DNA of 64,000 bases. Source: Eimeria praecox (Eukaryota). The stretch is taken from assembly GCA_963920595.1 (NCBI GenBank), contig OY986947.1:1302001-1366000 (forward strand), written 5' to 3'. This document shows, in pieces, positions 41,001 through 53,633 of this stretch. Below the pieces are notes generated by a model. That model was not told the origin of the DNA. It saw nothing but the letters and a program-made list of their open reading frames with translations, and did not search any database. Each line of letters begins with the position of its first letter. The stretch's first letter is position 1. A program made the position numbers and the translations under genes.

Positions 41001-43199
41001 ATCATGACGGAATATGCCTCTTCGCGTTCTTTCAGCTCTAGCGTGTTTCACTTTGAGCACAGGCGCAAAAGGTTCCCCCATCAGGCCTCCGGAGAGACAA
41101 TTTTCTTGGCCCCACAAAAATATCCATTGATGCCTGCTAGCTGTTTATTGGCCTTATTTTTTTTCACCACAAGATAATAGGAAATGAACGTGAAACATGT
41201 AATGTTACTCGCGGAAGCATTAAGGGATCCCTAGTGGTGTTCGTTTGGTGCACGCGTTGCCCGGATTGCTCAACTTTTCAAGCAGGCCCGGGATATAGGC
41301 CAGGAAGCAGCTCTGATTTCTACCGCCCATTAAAACTTTAATGAGTTTGATAGGTAAGCAGGTATGAGCAGCAAGCTCCCAGACGCAAAACACGTATTCA
41401 ATGCGAACCAGCAGCTGGGCTAACGATAGAGGCAGGTTGCCGTTTTCGTGAAAAAGCGCGCCACACCCGCTCATTTGCTGCACATCCTCACGTTTAAACG
41501 TGTTAGATTCTACTTTTTCCTCCCTCGAAAGCAATTGCTTTTTTTCACTCTATCTGAAAGGGAGAACAGCTGTTTTTTTTTTTAACCTGCCGTATTATCC
41601 CCTACCGGAGCGTGATTGGGCGACTGCCCGTAACATCAGCTATAACAAAACGTGGCAGAACAGCAGTGGCATTGCCGAAACGTAAAGGCAAGCGTTTCGG
41701 CTGTTCCGTTTTCACGTTCTTAGAAAGTTTGTTCCCAGCGCTTCCTGTACCAAAAAGAAAAACGTTGAGCGCACCAGCGAGAAACGCCGGCTCTCACGTT
41801 GCCCAGAGCAAGCGATTCGTATTGGCTAACTTTCAGAGCAGCCGGATGTATTACTAAATATGCGTGCTCAACAAAGCGTCCACCACCGTACGTTTAAAAA
41901 GTACCAGACTCTCCCCTTCAGGCGAGCAGCCTCTATTGACGAAGTGTGCAGCCAAAAGTTATAAAATTATAAACCAGCGTGTCTTGCAAGCGCCCTGAAG
42001 CACACGAAAGCCGGCCTTCCGATTTGCCAACAGGCTAACAATGTGAACAAGAAATCTGTTGTGTGATGTTACGAACAAACTTGCTCTCTTTCCTAGTACT
42101 TAGGAGCCAACACCTTTTTTCCTTTCAGCAAACCTTTTTGAAAATTTTCCAAAACGTATTAACTCTCAGTTCCAACCATTTTAGTTCCGCTTAGACTGTC
42201 TTTGTCTCAACTCCATTCCCTTTAATACTGCGTGTTATGACCTAGAAGTCTCGGAGAATAAAACGAAGCAAAATCCTTTTTGAACACTACTATTATATTC
42301 GTTTCATTACAGCAAACAGGAGTTTTGCCCCTTTCATAAACAACAAAATGTGCAGGTGTTAAGGACACGGTAAAAACGTGTTTTGCCACATTTTCATCAA
42401 AATTGGGCTTTTGTATCCGCTTCTAATGGTATAGGAGCAGCTTGCGTTGCAGCGCGCAATCTACAGTGAAAGCCAAGATAACCTAATTTCCCTTCTGTCC
42501 CGTTCATGCAAGGAGGGTCAGGTGAACGCTAACAGGGGCCAGTGCCAATACCAAGAAAACCAAGCATTACTCGTAAGGATGACCTGCCTCCCTATGCCCT
42601 TACCAAATAATATCGCGCAGCGCCTTTTCAGATTGGTTTCCTAAAGCAATAGAGCAACCGCCACGCTGCACCTTCTTGCTTTAAAACACTTCCTCCGGTG
42701 TAGCCTTTCGCGTTTGTGAGCTGCTAAACCCAAAAAAAAGCTTCCATTTAGGCCCTAGAACCGAAACCGAAAGCACTCTTGAGGGCGTCGTCGGGGCACT
42801 CTCACGAAGTCCACAGCTTTACGTGATGACGAGGAGCTTTTGAGATATGTGTAATGCTCGCCTATCCACACCCTAGCCTACACACGCCTTCGCTTTCACC
42901 CCATAAACCGTCCACACAAGGCCTGGCTGATTCTATAGGAGCGCCTAACGAAGCAACCACGTAATTTGCCCCTACATTTGGCCGTGAGACCCGCGTAACA
43001 TCTAATGGGCTGCGTTTTAAACGGGCTTCCCGGTTTTCGGTGCCCGGCAGAACTTCCTCATTATGCCTGCGTGCGTCTGTCCTCGTTGCACCTACTGGTC
43101 CGTGCAACAGATTATGGGATAGCACTCCGTTACTTGTAGTGTAATGATTCTTAGTCCCATGCTGGTTCAAACTCTTCTGAAGGACGGTATTAAATTAAT

Positions 43200-44600
43200 G
43201 TATAAAATACTCCAACTAATGGATTTTCGGCTGTGGGAGATCGGTAAAAGAGCTATTTTAAACCGTAGCGAAATCCTGCATTTATATTTAGGGAAACAAC
43301 AGCAGTTTTTCTCCGTGTATTGCTGCGAACTCTTGTCGATGGCTTGCCAGCTATCTTCCCCATATTGTCTCCTTTATCCACTGGCTATTGACGCCTTTAC
43401 TCAGCACTATCTGAATAACACAAAGCTCACAAAGTGTCAGTGGCTTCGCTTCGCTTCTGGTTTTACCCAAGATCCATTTTTTCCCACCGTGAAGATCACA
43501 GGAGCCCCAATCTGGAGCAGTATTCAGCTCTATCATAGTAAATAAGTGGATTACAGCCTCTTAACATTCGCGTTGCAGTTCAACTCTCATCACCCTCCAC
43601 AAGACATTATGCACATATTAGCGCTCGGGTATAGCAGAAGAATAGTACACTCACCTATATTACCAAACCCGAGTCCGTTTATCGGGACTCTGTACCTTTT
43701 CCCTGCGTGGGCGAGCCCAGCTCCACTATTTCCTAGCTGTAGACGCTTCCCACCGCACAGCCTGCCCAGCGACCAAAGCTTGCCTCAGTGTAAACCCAAT
43801 CACTACCAATGCGTTACAAGCCGCCTCGCTGCCTAAGCAGGCACAAAATCTGAAGATGAATCCACGAAACCGCTAAGCGCACTGGCCTGCATTAAAGAAT
43901 TCCGGGGGAACCCAAATATTCCCAATACTTTTGATGCCCAAAGCTGACCAGAAAAGTTCCCCAAAAGCCGGAAAACAGTCCAAAGCATATTTGCTCCCGA
44001 GTTCCTTGAACAAGCTTTCTATATCAATACGTCAGGCTGATGACCCCCTCAGCGCCTCTGTACACCATACAGCAATTTTGAGTCGAATTCCCCAGGTTCT
44101 TCATTCATTTCAATGATCGTTGTGATGCACCACCAGGCTTAATTGCTCTGACTCTACATACGCTCAAAAGCTGAGAATAGACGTGCTTTCGTCGTTACCT
44201 AACCTTTTCGGGCCTTCTAAGGAAGCGACAAGGCGCCATAGGTAGAACTGGAAGGCTATTAACCCATTTCCAGCAGGGCAGTAAAGGCTGCGTAGGCCTC
44301 ATCAGTTCCGTGTCATTCAACTGGACACCTCAAGCTCAGCATCCACCTTCCACCAATCTCCTGCTGCTTCCTGGCTCTCTCTGTCCATGTCTCCAGAAGA
44401 AGTTGCCCCCACCTCTTCACCTGGGTAAATGGTCAGTTCTCGCAAGACCCGGATGATGTCTCGCTATGCATTCTCTTTGCAAAAAGGTCCAAGGTCTTCA
44501 GCCACTTTCCTGAAATGCATTTGGTATTTTTACTTCCGGTTAAGGTTAGATCGTCCCACTTTCAGTTGCTGGGGAGCTGAACTCTACCACAGGGTTCCTA
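43200..44600 (-). mobile_element. Degenerate Ty3/Gypsy reverse-transcriptase relic
   Basis: Minus strand reads LLEMG**PSSSTYGA (44276-44232; compare LLxxGxIxPSxSPYGAP). It then reads IESLFKELGSKY followed by TTGGACTGTTTTCCGGCTTTTGG, which gives LDLFSGFW after restoring one base (44028-43961). Confidence 0.65.
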
Positions 44601-45899
44601 AATTCCCGCGGGGCTTCTCACCCCTTTTCCCCTAGCCGGTGGGTGGGTATGTGCCTTCCCTGCTAGGCGCTACGCCTTTTTCAGGGATGATTGATCCCAG
44701 TGGCAATTCAAGTCAGCATCGCTAGACTATTTAGGCAACCAGGTATGCAGCCCTTCCCAGGCGCGTTACCCTACGGCCACTTCTACTACTTCGTGTCAAC
44801 AAACTCATACTCACTGACCGCCAAGCTAGTTGCGAAGTATTTGGAGCAGATCGCAGTATACGATAGAAATTTAGGGGACGCTTATGCTCCCCTTAGTGCA
44901 TGAACATCAAAAAATTGGTAATACTCCCCTCAGTGCAGCCCTTGCCGATGAAACGGGAAAACGTTTGCTATCTAAACAACGCACGAGCCATTAGGCCTTT
45001 TTGACAAGGGTTCTTCCTGCTAAACTGCTCAACTCCCCTTACAAGCACGGTCGGTGTTGGGATTCTGCGTAGCTTTCCTGTTTACCGGCAGTAGAAATTG
45101 AGCGGTTGGAGTCTCTACAGAAAGTACGCCTGGCGAAACATATCCTCCTAAAATAAATTACTGTTATACTCGGATGGATAGAGATTAAGAAAGCAATCAA
45201 AAGCTTCACGTGCAGGTCAGATCATGGACAAGTATAGGGGTGCTGTAAACATTTCGCTGTTAGCCCAAAATCTCCGAATGATCCTGCTAGGTCGCCAAGA
45301 ATATATTTCCATGGCCTTGTGGCCTGGCTCGCAAAATAGGCACCCTTATAAGGTCAAGCGCAATGCAAGGAAGAAAACACCCCCTAGCGAAGCCACTATT
45401 CAAAAGGAGCTTGTAGGGTGCGCGAAAACCCCTAATCGCTTATCCCGGGGGTGGCATACAGCTTATAGCATGTGCCCCTGACTCCAAGCAAGAGACACGA
45501 TATGCTGGAGTACAGCTACACAATGCTGGTAAGACGCCATCAAAAGGAATAGGCACGGGGCATCTGTGACGAGGAGCCTGTCTGTGGCTGGGCGCGGCAA
45601 TGTTTGATGATACTCTGCTTTTGAACCGCAAGCGCCCATGCAGCGCCTCCAGTTAACCCATCCTGAAACATCCAATGGCACTGTAGAAGTTTCATAAGAA
45701 CTCCTGCGCATGTCACATCCAGCCTGATCACTGCAAGACAGGTTTGTAGATAGCACTTTAGGCAGCACATGCTACCTGTCTTCGCGTCTCCCCCTAAGAG
45801 GTTTGTCTGCTGGTTCGCCTAGTTGCGCAGCTATTGCTGGCTGCCCCCATGGACGCAAGCGACGATACAACACAGATCAGGATAATTAACACCCTGCCG

Positions 45900-47250
45900 T
45901 GAAGGGCATGCTAATTATAATGGCGTGCAGAACATCTGCCAACACAAGCGGTTCCCTGCTCTTGGGGTGAATCAGCATTTCAGCCCCACAAGCGGCGCCA
46001 CACCATAAGCCCAAAGAAACATAGTTCAACGTGTTAGTGGAATATGATTTGGCTGTATGCAAAGGCAGTGTAAGCAGATCAAACAATAAAGATACTTGAA
46101 CTTCAGGGGAAGCGTAGCTATATAAATATTTTTCCGTTGAAGCGTGTGACAGAAGAGCTCCTGAAAGGGTCCAGCCGGCCCAAACTCAAGTCTTCCTGTC
46201 GGCACCACCAACATCCACAGTATAGTCCTAGAGGCACACAGAAATGCGGCACCTCTCCAGTGTTTGGCGTCACTGGATGGGAGGACGAACCGCAAAATGG
46301 ATTGGCAGTGGCAGGCAAAGGATGACCTCTTAGAGCTGCTTTTGTGAAGGCCCTGCCTTTATCCTCTCTCATCGGGTTAGGGCGCAAGAAGAGGGGGCAA
46401 TTTGTTGATCGCTGCGCGTCTACGCGTTGCTGCCAAACAGAATAGTCTGACATTTTGACTGCTGACAGAGCCATGCTTCAGTTCAGAAATGGAGTATACC
46501 GGGACAATCTAACAGCTTTTCTCAAACAGCCCATATCTTGGGTCAGAAGAATGATCTTAAGTACGCTTAGAGGTATCCATCATGCTTCGGTCACAAGAAA
46601 GATAGCCAATTTTTCAAAGGGTGTTCGACAAAACTCCTGCGGCTGGCTGTGCTTCTCCAGGACGCTAAAGCGCGAGCATGGTGCTCTGCAACACGTCAGT
46701 CCTCTGTATGCAACTAGTTTTGCTGACATTCTGGATTCCAGCAGCCTGCGAAGCAACCAATCAAGAAACAGGGTGTTGTCAGAGAATCGACTTGATGAGT
46801 TCAGTGCTCATCTCCAAATTTATTCTCCACAGAACATGCAGAATCAGGTGGTTGGCTGGGGCAAGCGCGCTACAACTCTGCGTCAAGCAACGGTGTTGCA
46901 GTGCAAAGTGTGGCCCCAGCAGCAGAAGAGGGCAGTCAGCGCTGTCCTGTCTTCCGGAATGGATTCGCCGCTGAGGAAGACTTACAGATAGCCTCACGAT
47001 CCCTCGCAGGTAAATGCTCAGAGGGCCTCACCCCGGATTGGGTGACGGGTGGAATTCAACCGTTTGGCTGGAGGCGCGTTGAGGGTCCTTATAATGCCTT
47101 ATGAAATCCAATGAGATATCGGTCAACATCGAATTAGGAATCGGGAGCTTTGAACTAGAGGGGTTTTGAGACTGTTTAGCGGCCCCAGTGCTGAGGCGAA
47201 ATTCGCGAAGTTCCAGTAAGCGGTCAGGCAAAGCCTATGTTCTCTAGGTG
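45900..47250 (-). mobile_element. Degenerate Ty3/Gypsy integrase relic with GPF/Y region
   Basis: KLPIPNSMLTDISLDFI (about 47150-47101) carries the first catalytic Asp motif. INLEMST follows near 46810 and GPFQELF...IYIATLP near 46170-46105, in the expected order. Confidence 0.75.
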
Positions 47251-48723
47251 GCGAAAAAAGACGTAGCTTTTGCTGCTGTCCTTAACCAGCTACCCATGCT
47301 TTGGCAAGAATCACGGCCGCCTGGTGGTGCAAGGAGAAGAGACCTTACGAACCCAGCGGAAAAAAAGGCGGGAGTACGCAACAAAGTGGGTGACAATAAG
47401 AAACGGGGAGATTGCGAAGGTGCGCAGTTTCTAGTATCCTGTGAATACTGGACTATCAAGTTACGGCGCATCCTTGAGCGCAGTCACACAGCAAGGCCTG
47501 GTGACAGGCTGTGTGTTGCACGGCAGTTTTACGTATCATCAAGACAAAGAAGCACAGCAACTGGCACACTTAAGGATAAACACTCGACAGTTGGTTTATG
47601 TTAAGCAGGTGAGCTATCGCTGGCTTGCGCAAAATGTCTAGGCCTTTCGTCTTTGGACCTGGCATTGAGCTTGCAGGGCTTCCCGAAATAGACATTTTGC
47701 CTGCTTCTCTCCCACTGCACTTGTGCGTTGTGCTGTAGCGCTACTTACATCTCAGTATGCCTATACGGTACTGCTTAAGGTTTTCGTGCATATGAGTCTC
47801 CCGGAGCTACATTTCATCAGAGGCGGAGAGCTCGAGCAGTGCACGTGGCTCCTCCTTTATTGTGCAGTGCACCGTAGCATCAAGCAGCTGGTATGTTCCT
47901 CCCCTGCAACTGGAAGGAAGGCATGTTCTGTCCCATTTGCTTCCCACCCAAATGTTTAAACTTGTACCAGTTTATCAGGTTATTACATGGTACACCTATC
48001 GTGTCCGCAGTGCATTCGAAACAGTTCAAGCAACTCCAATTATGGGGTTTTCTCATGTTAAGGGTCTATTCAGGGAGCTATGCAAACAGTTATCAGACCA
48101 ATTGGCGTTCCCTAGTCGGATCCGCTTAACTGATTCACTTCAGCGGCACAGTAAGCCAGCTGAATATTTTGGGGAAATGATGGGGGTGCTCTGATTCTTC
48201 AATTTGAGGCGTAGCACTTCCAAAAGGCTCGGCTATTTAATTCAATCCCATACTGCTTTTGGGTCTGGTTTTCTTACATGCAGAAGCGAATCCCTGGGGA
48301 AAGGAAGCATGCTAACCTTCGGTAAATACCTGCATGCTATTCTGTGGTTTCAACCTTCCTGCGAAGGGTTATGCTGAATGCGCTGAGCGTGTTGCCCTGA
48401 CGCTCTCTCAAAAATTGAAAAGCGCAGCCAGTTGACAAAATAAGGTAAGCTTCGATTACTTATCTCAGCTGACCTGCATTATAGGAATTTACCACTGTCG
48501 TAGGCAAGTACTGTGGTCGTTGATAGGCTGGCATCCTCAGCTGTGTTAGGGGCAAGCAACCTTGGCTTTAGTCACTTCGTGAACACAGTAAGAGTCCCAG
48601 ATTTGCGCAGAAGGGGAAAACAGGTCGAGTATATCATGCTACGATGCTAAAGCTGAAAGTACTGCCTTGTCCGCTTGGGTGTACGCGATCAAGAAATGTA
48701 CCCTCGGTTAGTGTAAAGGCGGA

Positions 48724-51700
48724 CTAAGCCTGAGCATCAATCTTCTCAATAAGGATTGCTGAAGAAACACACAAGCAAGCTGAAATGAGCCGAGTGTAAA
48801 CCACTGCACGGTAGATTTACGCAAGGGCGCCAGCCAATCTGTTGTGGCTTTCGGGGTGTGAATAACGGGTGCAGCAGCTAGTCTGCACACGCGAAAACCC
48901 AGCAACCCAAGCCATGACAGTGGGAGTAATATGAATAACACGAGTAGACAAAAGGGGCAGTTATCACCAAGTCACGATCAGGTCACAAGCGAAAAGTACG
49001 GGCATACCAGAGTAACCCGGAGAGTAGTAGTTGACCACTTCAGGCGGATACAGGTTGCACACGCTTTGAATGTAGTCGAGTACTTCGGAAGCAGCTTCGG
49101 TCTCACGTATTTTCTACTCAAATGAGCATACATACGTCGCAAAAGCAAAACAGGGGGGCGTTGGTCGGCGTTGGCAAGCGCAGTGAAGGCTTCAAGGCTG
49201 AATGGTACACTTTTTGACTACCCTAACATGGCTGTACTTAGTCTTTATTGGCATTAATATATGCCGATCTGCACATGTGGCCCAGTAGATTATTTTCGGC
49301 TTACCAGTAAAGTTTCCAGTGCGCCTGTTTGTACGAACGCTCTCCGTGCTTTCGGATCGTTCGGTAGCACTTTCGCAAACTGTTGAACAATGCATCTGCG
49401 AAAGGAAAAGGAACTATGGAATCGTGAAAACGCGAATAGCATATGGAATGATAACGCAGGTGCTGCAAGCAAAAGTCTGGATTTGCGCCAGAGTAGTAGT
49501 CGACTAAACGTGCAAGGGTACTTGCTGGCTGCAGATGAAGCCGAGGATCCTGAGGTGGCATTATAACTGGATGCGTCAGCAGAAACGGCAATAAGTCCGC
49601 TAATTGCAGGAGCCGCTTCCTTACTTGAGAATGGAAGGAGGTGCTTCGCCCAGCAGGGTCTCTAGTGCTTGTAGATGAGTGCACATCTGTATGATATTCT
49701 GTAGCATGATAAATAGAATCCCGGAGATTTCAAAGGAAATATGTCTCGCACCAACTCCCTATTTTTTAAACATTGATTCTGGAGAGGGAGAACTACCGCT
49801 TCTCACTTACTTTCAAGGCTCTCTTTGCTTTTGCTTTCAACTCGTCGGATGATTCAGAAGCAAGAAAGGCGGACAATAGTCTGCGCAGCGCAGCATGAAT
49901 TTGCAACAATCATCCATAATCTATATTGCCAAGGCTGCAGCTGGAAAATGCCGAGCTTCACGGATATGGAGTGTATTCTGTCTAACAGGAGACAACGCAT
50001 GCAGACTTTTCCCCACGAAGCCAATGTAAATCAAATACGTACAGCCTCAAAATATCTGCTTCCGCAACAGCCATGGCGTGGTCTGGAGTATGGCGTCCGA
50101 GCTGGCCCACAGCCCTAAAAGGAGAGTGCACATTGCTTTTCATTTAACGGCAGCTGTGCTTGCACCTAAATAATCACCTTCTGCTCCTGTGCTTGCGGGA
50201 TGATCATGAAGCACGCACGCATTTTCCTATCGCCCATGAGAGCATATTCGGATACGCATCACCAAAGGTTCGCTAGGAGGGAAGGAAAGACAAACGTGTG
50301 GTTTTGTTAGGACGCTATATATCTTTCCGCCAGAAAATAAAATACCACATGGTCATACCAGGCAGCGGCTGCCTTTGCGTGGTCTTCAGTCTCCGTCTCT
50401 AGTGCATTTTTCAGAGGAGGGATGCCTGACGAACACCCGACATTCTCTAGGTGGAACGATGAAAAGCGCAAGATGTAGGTGGAAAACTGGCATGCTGGAC
50501 GGTGGCTGACTGCAAAAATATACTCCGTGAACTCCAGGGGCATAGGTGGAGGAAATTCAGGTATAGGAAAAACTGAAGAGGGAGAAGATGAAAGGCAAAC
50601 AGCAATTGGGCCGTTTGACAGGAAAGCGCTCGCCAGAGGGGAATCTGCCAAAGGAATGAGCATACCTTTCTGAACGATTATCGCTAGAGCCAGGGTTTCT
50701 GTAAATGCACCTATGTAGCCTAGAGCTAAAATCCCAGCGACCCTGTGCACAGGCAAGCAACTGAAAGTCCGTCAAGCCATTTCCAGGCTTTCTGTCCTTT
50801 TTTTTGGCGCATACGTGCATGAGGATGTCCCACGTCATCACTAGAAAAATGCAGAGCTGGAGGTAGCATAGGTTGTAGTATCCATACCTAGTTGCACCAG
50901 TTGTTTCCTGTATCAAATGAATTAGCGCTTCTATAGCTCCTGTACAAGAGAAAGTAAAAGACTCGCATATAGTGGTTTCTTTGGTAGCTCGGTTTCTACA
51001 AATAGGTCTTTTGATAGGACTCTGTATTGCCCTTAGTGGGCTTGGTTGACTCTCGGCGTCGGCGGTAGCTGATTTCATCTATTGCTACTCCGTAAGCATA
51101 GCAGCGATTTTGCCCGACCCGCGTTGGCAGCAAAAACTGCTAGTTGGGGCGTATGTTTGACTATTTCTCTCACACAAGTGGCGGCATTCTTTCTGAAAGA
51201 AAAAACAGTACCAATACAGCGTGATGCAAACTTGGCACAGCACATTCGCCGACCGGCTTCCTCTAAATGCAAGACAAAGTTCCTCGGCTAACTGTCAGAT
51301 GTGTCAGATGCACTGAATAAACGATAATCAGCTACAGATAGGTAACGCTATCGGCAACGGGTTGTCCACATACCGAACCAGGTCGTCTGGGTCCTTCAAG
51401 CAGTGCAACGTTTTAGGCAGTGCCTCTGCCTCCACTACAGCCTACAGCAAACAGTAGAAAAAAACCCAGTCAAGACGGGAGTCACGACAGTAGGCGGCAC
51501 TAGCGGGGTTTGCTAGGGAGGAAGCTCCTGCGCGTTTGTATTCCGCTCGGCACGGTATTAGAATGTGCGGGGATGACGACAGCTAGCAACAGCTAAACAC
51601 CATGCTCAGCCAGCAAGGATTAGAAAACCGGACCTCAGCAAACTCCACTGAATGGGTAGCAATGCGGGAGAGACACCAGCAAATCTGAGGATATGGAAGC

Positions 51701-53633
51701 AAAGAGGCAAACCAGGACAAAAGCCACCAATTAGATGAAAGAATCAACAAACAACAAAGTCAGTATGAATATTCGAGAGACACGGAGCACGCATTATGCC
51801 GTATGTGTACCAGATATTTCATCAAGCATAGTGGACATTTACAAAGCGGGCTCCATGCAGCTACGTTGGCACGCAAAAACGAATGTGAGTACTAAAGGCG
51901 TCAGAGACTATCTGCTAAGCCTTGCCTGTCGCCTGACGACAGCGTCTGTACTTCCTAGTTGCTTTGACAATAGAGGTACTGCGCCCGCATCGCAGACAAC
52001 CTGAGGTAAGTAGAAAGGACGGTACCACAGCAGTGTTGCTTGGCTCAGCCCACCCTTTCCTTTGTAACGGAGAACCCTATGCCTCCACTATTTTCTACAC
52101 TTCTTCCAGTTTTCAACAGACAAGCGCACCTGCGCCAGTTCCTGTGAGTGCTTGGCTATATCCCCAAGCGCTGCGGCGGCACTTCTTTTTATATTTATCT
52201 CTGGCTCTTGGATACAGAGGACAAGTAATGGAACGGTCCCAGCGGCGACGACTGCGGAAGCTAGTGACTCAGAATGGCGAGCAATGCAACCTGGGGAGTC
52301 AAAAAGGCAACAAAAATAAACGAGCGAAACTGGCCCTAGAAAGCAATCACGATACGGCATGTGGCAAGGAAACTTAGAGTCGCAGGGTGCTTCACGGTCT
52401 CTTGCCTATTGCAGACGCAGCGGCATCTTTCACTTGTGGGTCGAATGCCTCCAGGCACTGCGATAAAGCTGCGAGGGCACCGCTGTCTACTACAGCCTGG
52501 ACATACCCAAAAGCAACGTGCCCACGGACTTGAGCCTACTTGAAAGCAAGTATTGATACACTAAACATAGGTACAGCAGTGAAGCTACCAAATGCCTAGG
52601 GCCCTTCCAAATCTAGCTGTGGTACGACCCATTGAAGTATTGATCAAGCTTTCCATTTGGGCTGAGCAACACTCCCCATCCAAATATCATACCACCAAGT
52701 AACCGTTATTTATCGCTGATGGTTGTGGCATCTATTAGCGGTCTTCTACACGGTTGAAACAGCGGGCCTAATTACCTGCGCTAGTTCAGCTGAATGCTTC
52801 GCGATCGACCGCATTACAAATGCAGCAGATCTCCTGTAGAATCTCTGCGCCAGAAACGCGGGGAACATATTGCATCGTAGGCAGTTACGCTTAAAATCAT
52901 CATTTTCACTGGGATACACAACTATTTCCGGCGATACTGGCGCGAACCACTGTTCTCTTTTTTTGCACATGGCGCCCCTCTCCACGGCTTTCAAAACTAT
53001 CCAAGCGTTTAGGGAGCCCCCGAGTCTCCTATCTTTGTTCTCATGGGGATATATTTGGGGGTGAAATTTCTTCAGAAGCGAATATGCCCGGTAACACTGG
53101 AAAATAGGCAGCAAATATCCTCGGTATACCACCAAGCTTACATTTTGCTCTGCAACGGATGCAACCAGATGGGGGAGAATCTCCTCATTTACACACTCTC
53201 GCGCCGCCTCTTCGCTATGTCCAGCAAGCCTGCCCACCGCGACCGCTGCTGTTTGCTGGATTCCAGGCACGGAGTCCAGTAGCAGTGGCCTTAGCAATCT
53301 CAACGCCCCTGAGGAATTCAAATGCACGCAGCAAGTTGGGCTTAGTACAAGCGTAAGCAGAGCAGCTAGAAAATAGGAACATTGCAATTGGCTTCGAGCA
53401 AAATTGGAAGTATGCATGAATAAGCATAGAGGGTTTCTGGCTCGTATCGCAGGTGTGCCCGTAGCTTTCAGCCCTATTTTGGGCTGTCCGTCTACTGGTG
53501 CTTTAGATACCTCACCAGCTGCGCGCAAGCCATCGATATTCTGTGGCCTTTGAGTGAGATCAGCTAAAGTTTGCACGAAATGAGACCTTGCCCTCTGAAA
53601 CTCCTCAAACACCTGACTTATAGTGCGGCTCAT
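48724..53633 (-). CDS. PF16: PF16/SPAG6 armadillo-repeat axoneme central apparatus protein, 505 aa, 18 exons: 53633-53516, 53308-53142, 52844-52776, 52496-52406, 52290-52130, 52000-51926, 51684-51634, 51441-51374, 51192-51119, 50939-50888, 50742-50666, 50425-50359, 50114-50043, 49880-49811, 49698-49625, 49395-49305, 49113-49008, 48758-48724
   Basis: The N-terminus MSRTISQVFEEFQRARSHFVQTLADLTQRPQNIDGL, internal LRPLLLD..PGIQQTAA, GYIGAFTETLALA and GQLGRHTPDHA, and C-terminal YPPEVVNYYSPGYS match PF16/SPAG6 as I recall it. Exon phases join without frameshift and sum to 1518 nt. Confidence 0.96.

Noticed and set aside
52746..53633. 295-aa ORF as a single-exon protein
   Set aside because: It reads through PF16 introns 1 and 2, which happen to be stop-free and multiples of 3
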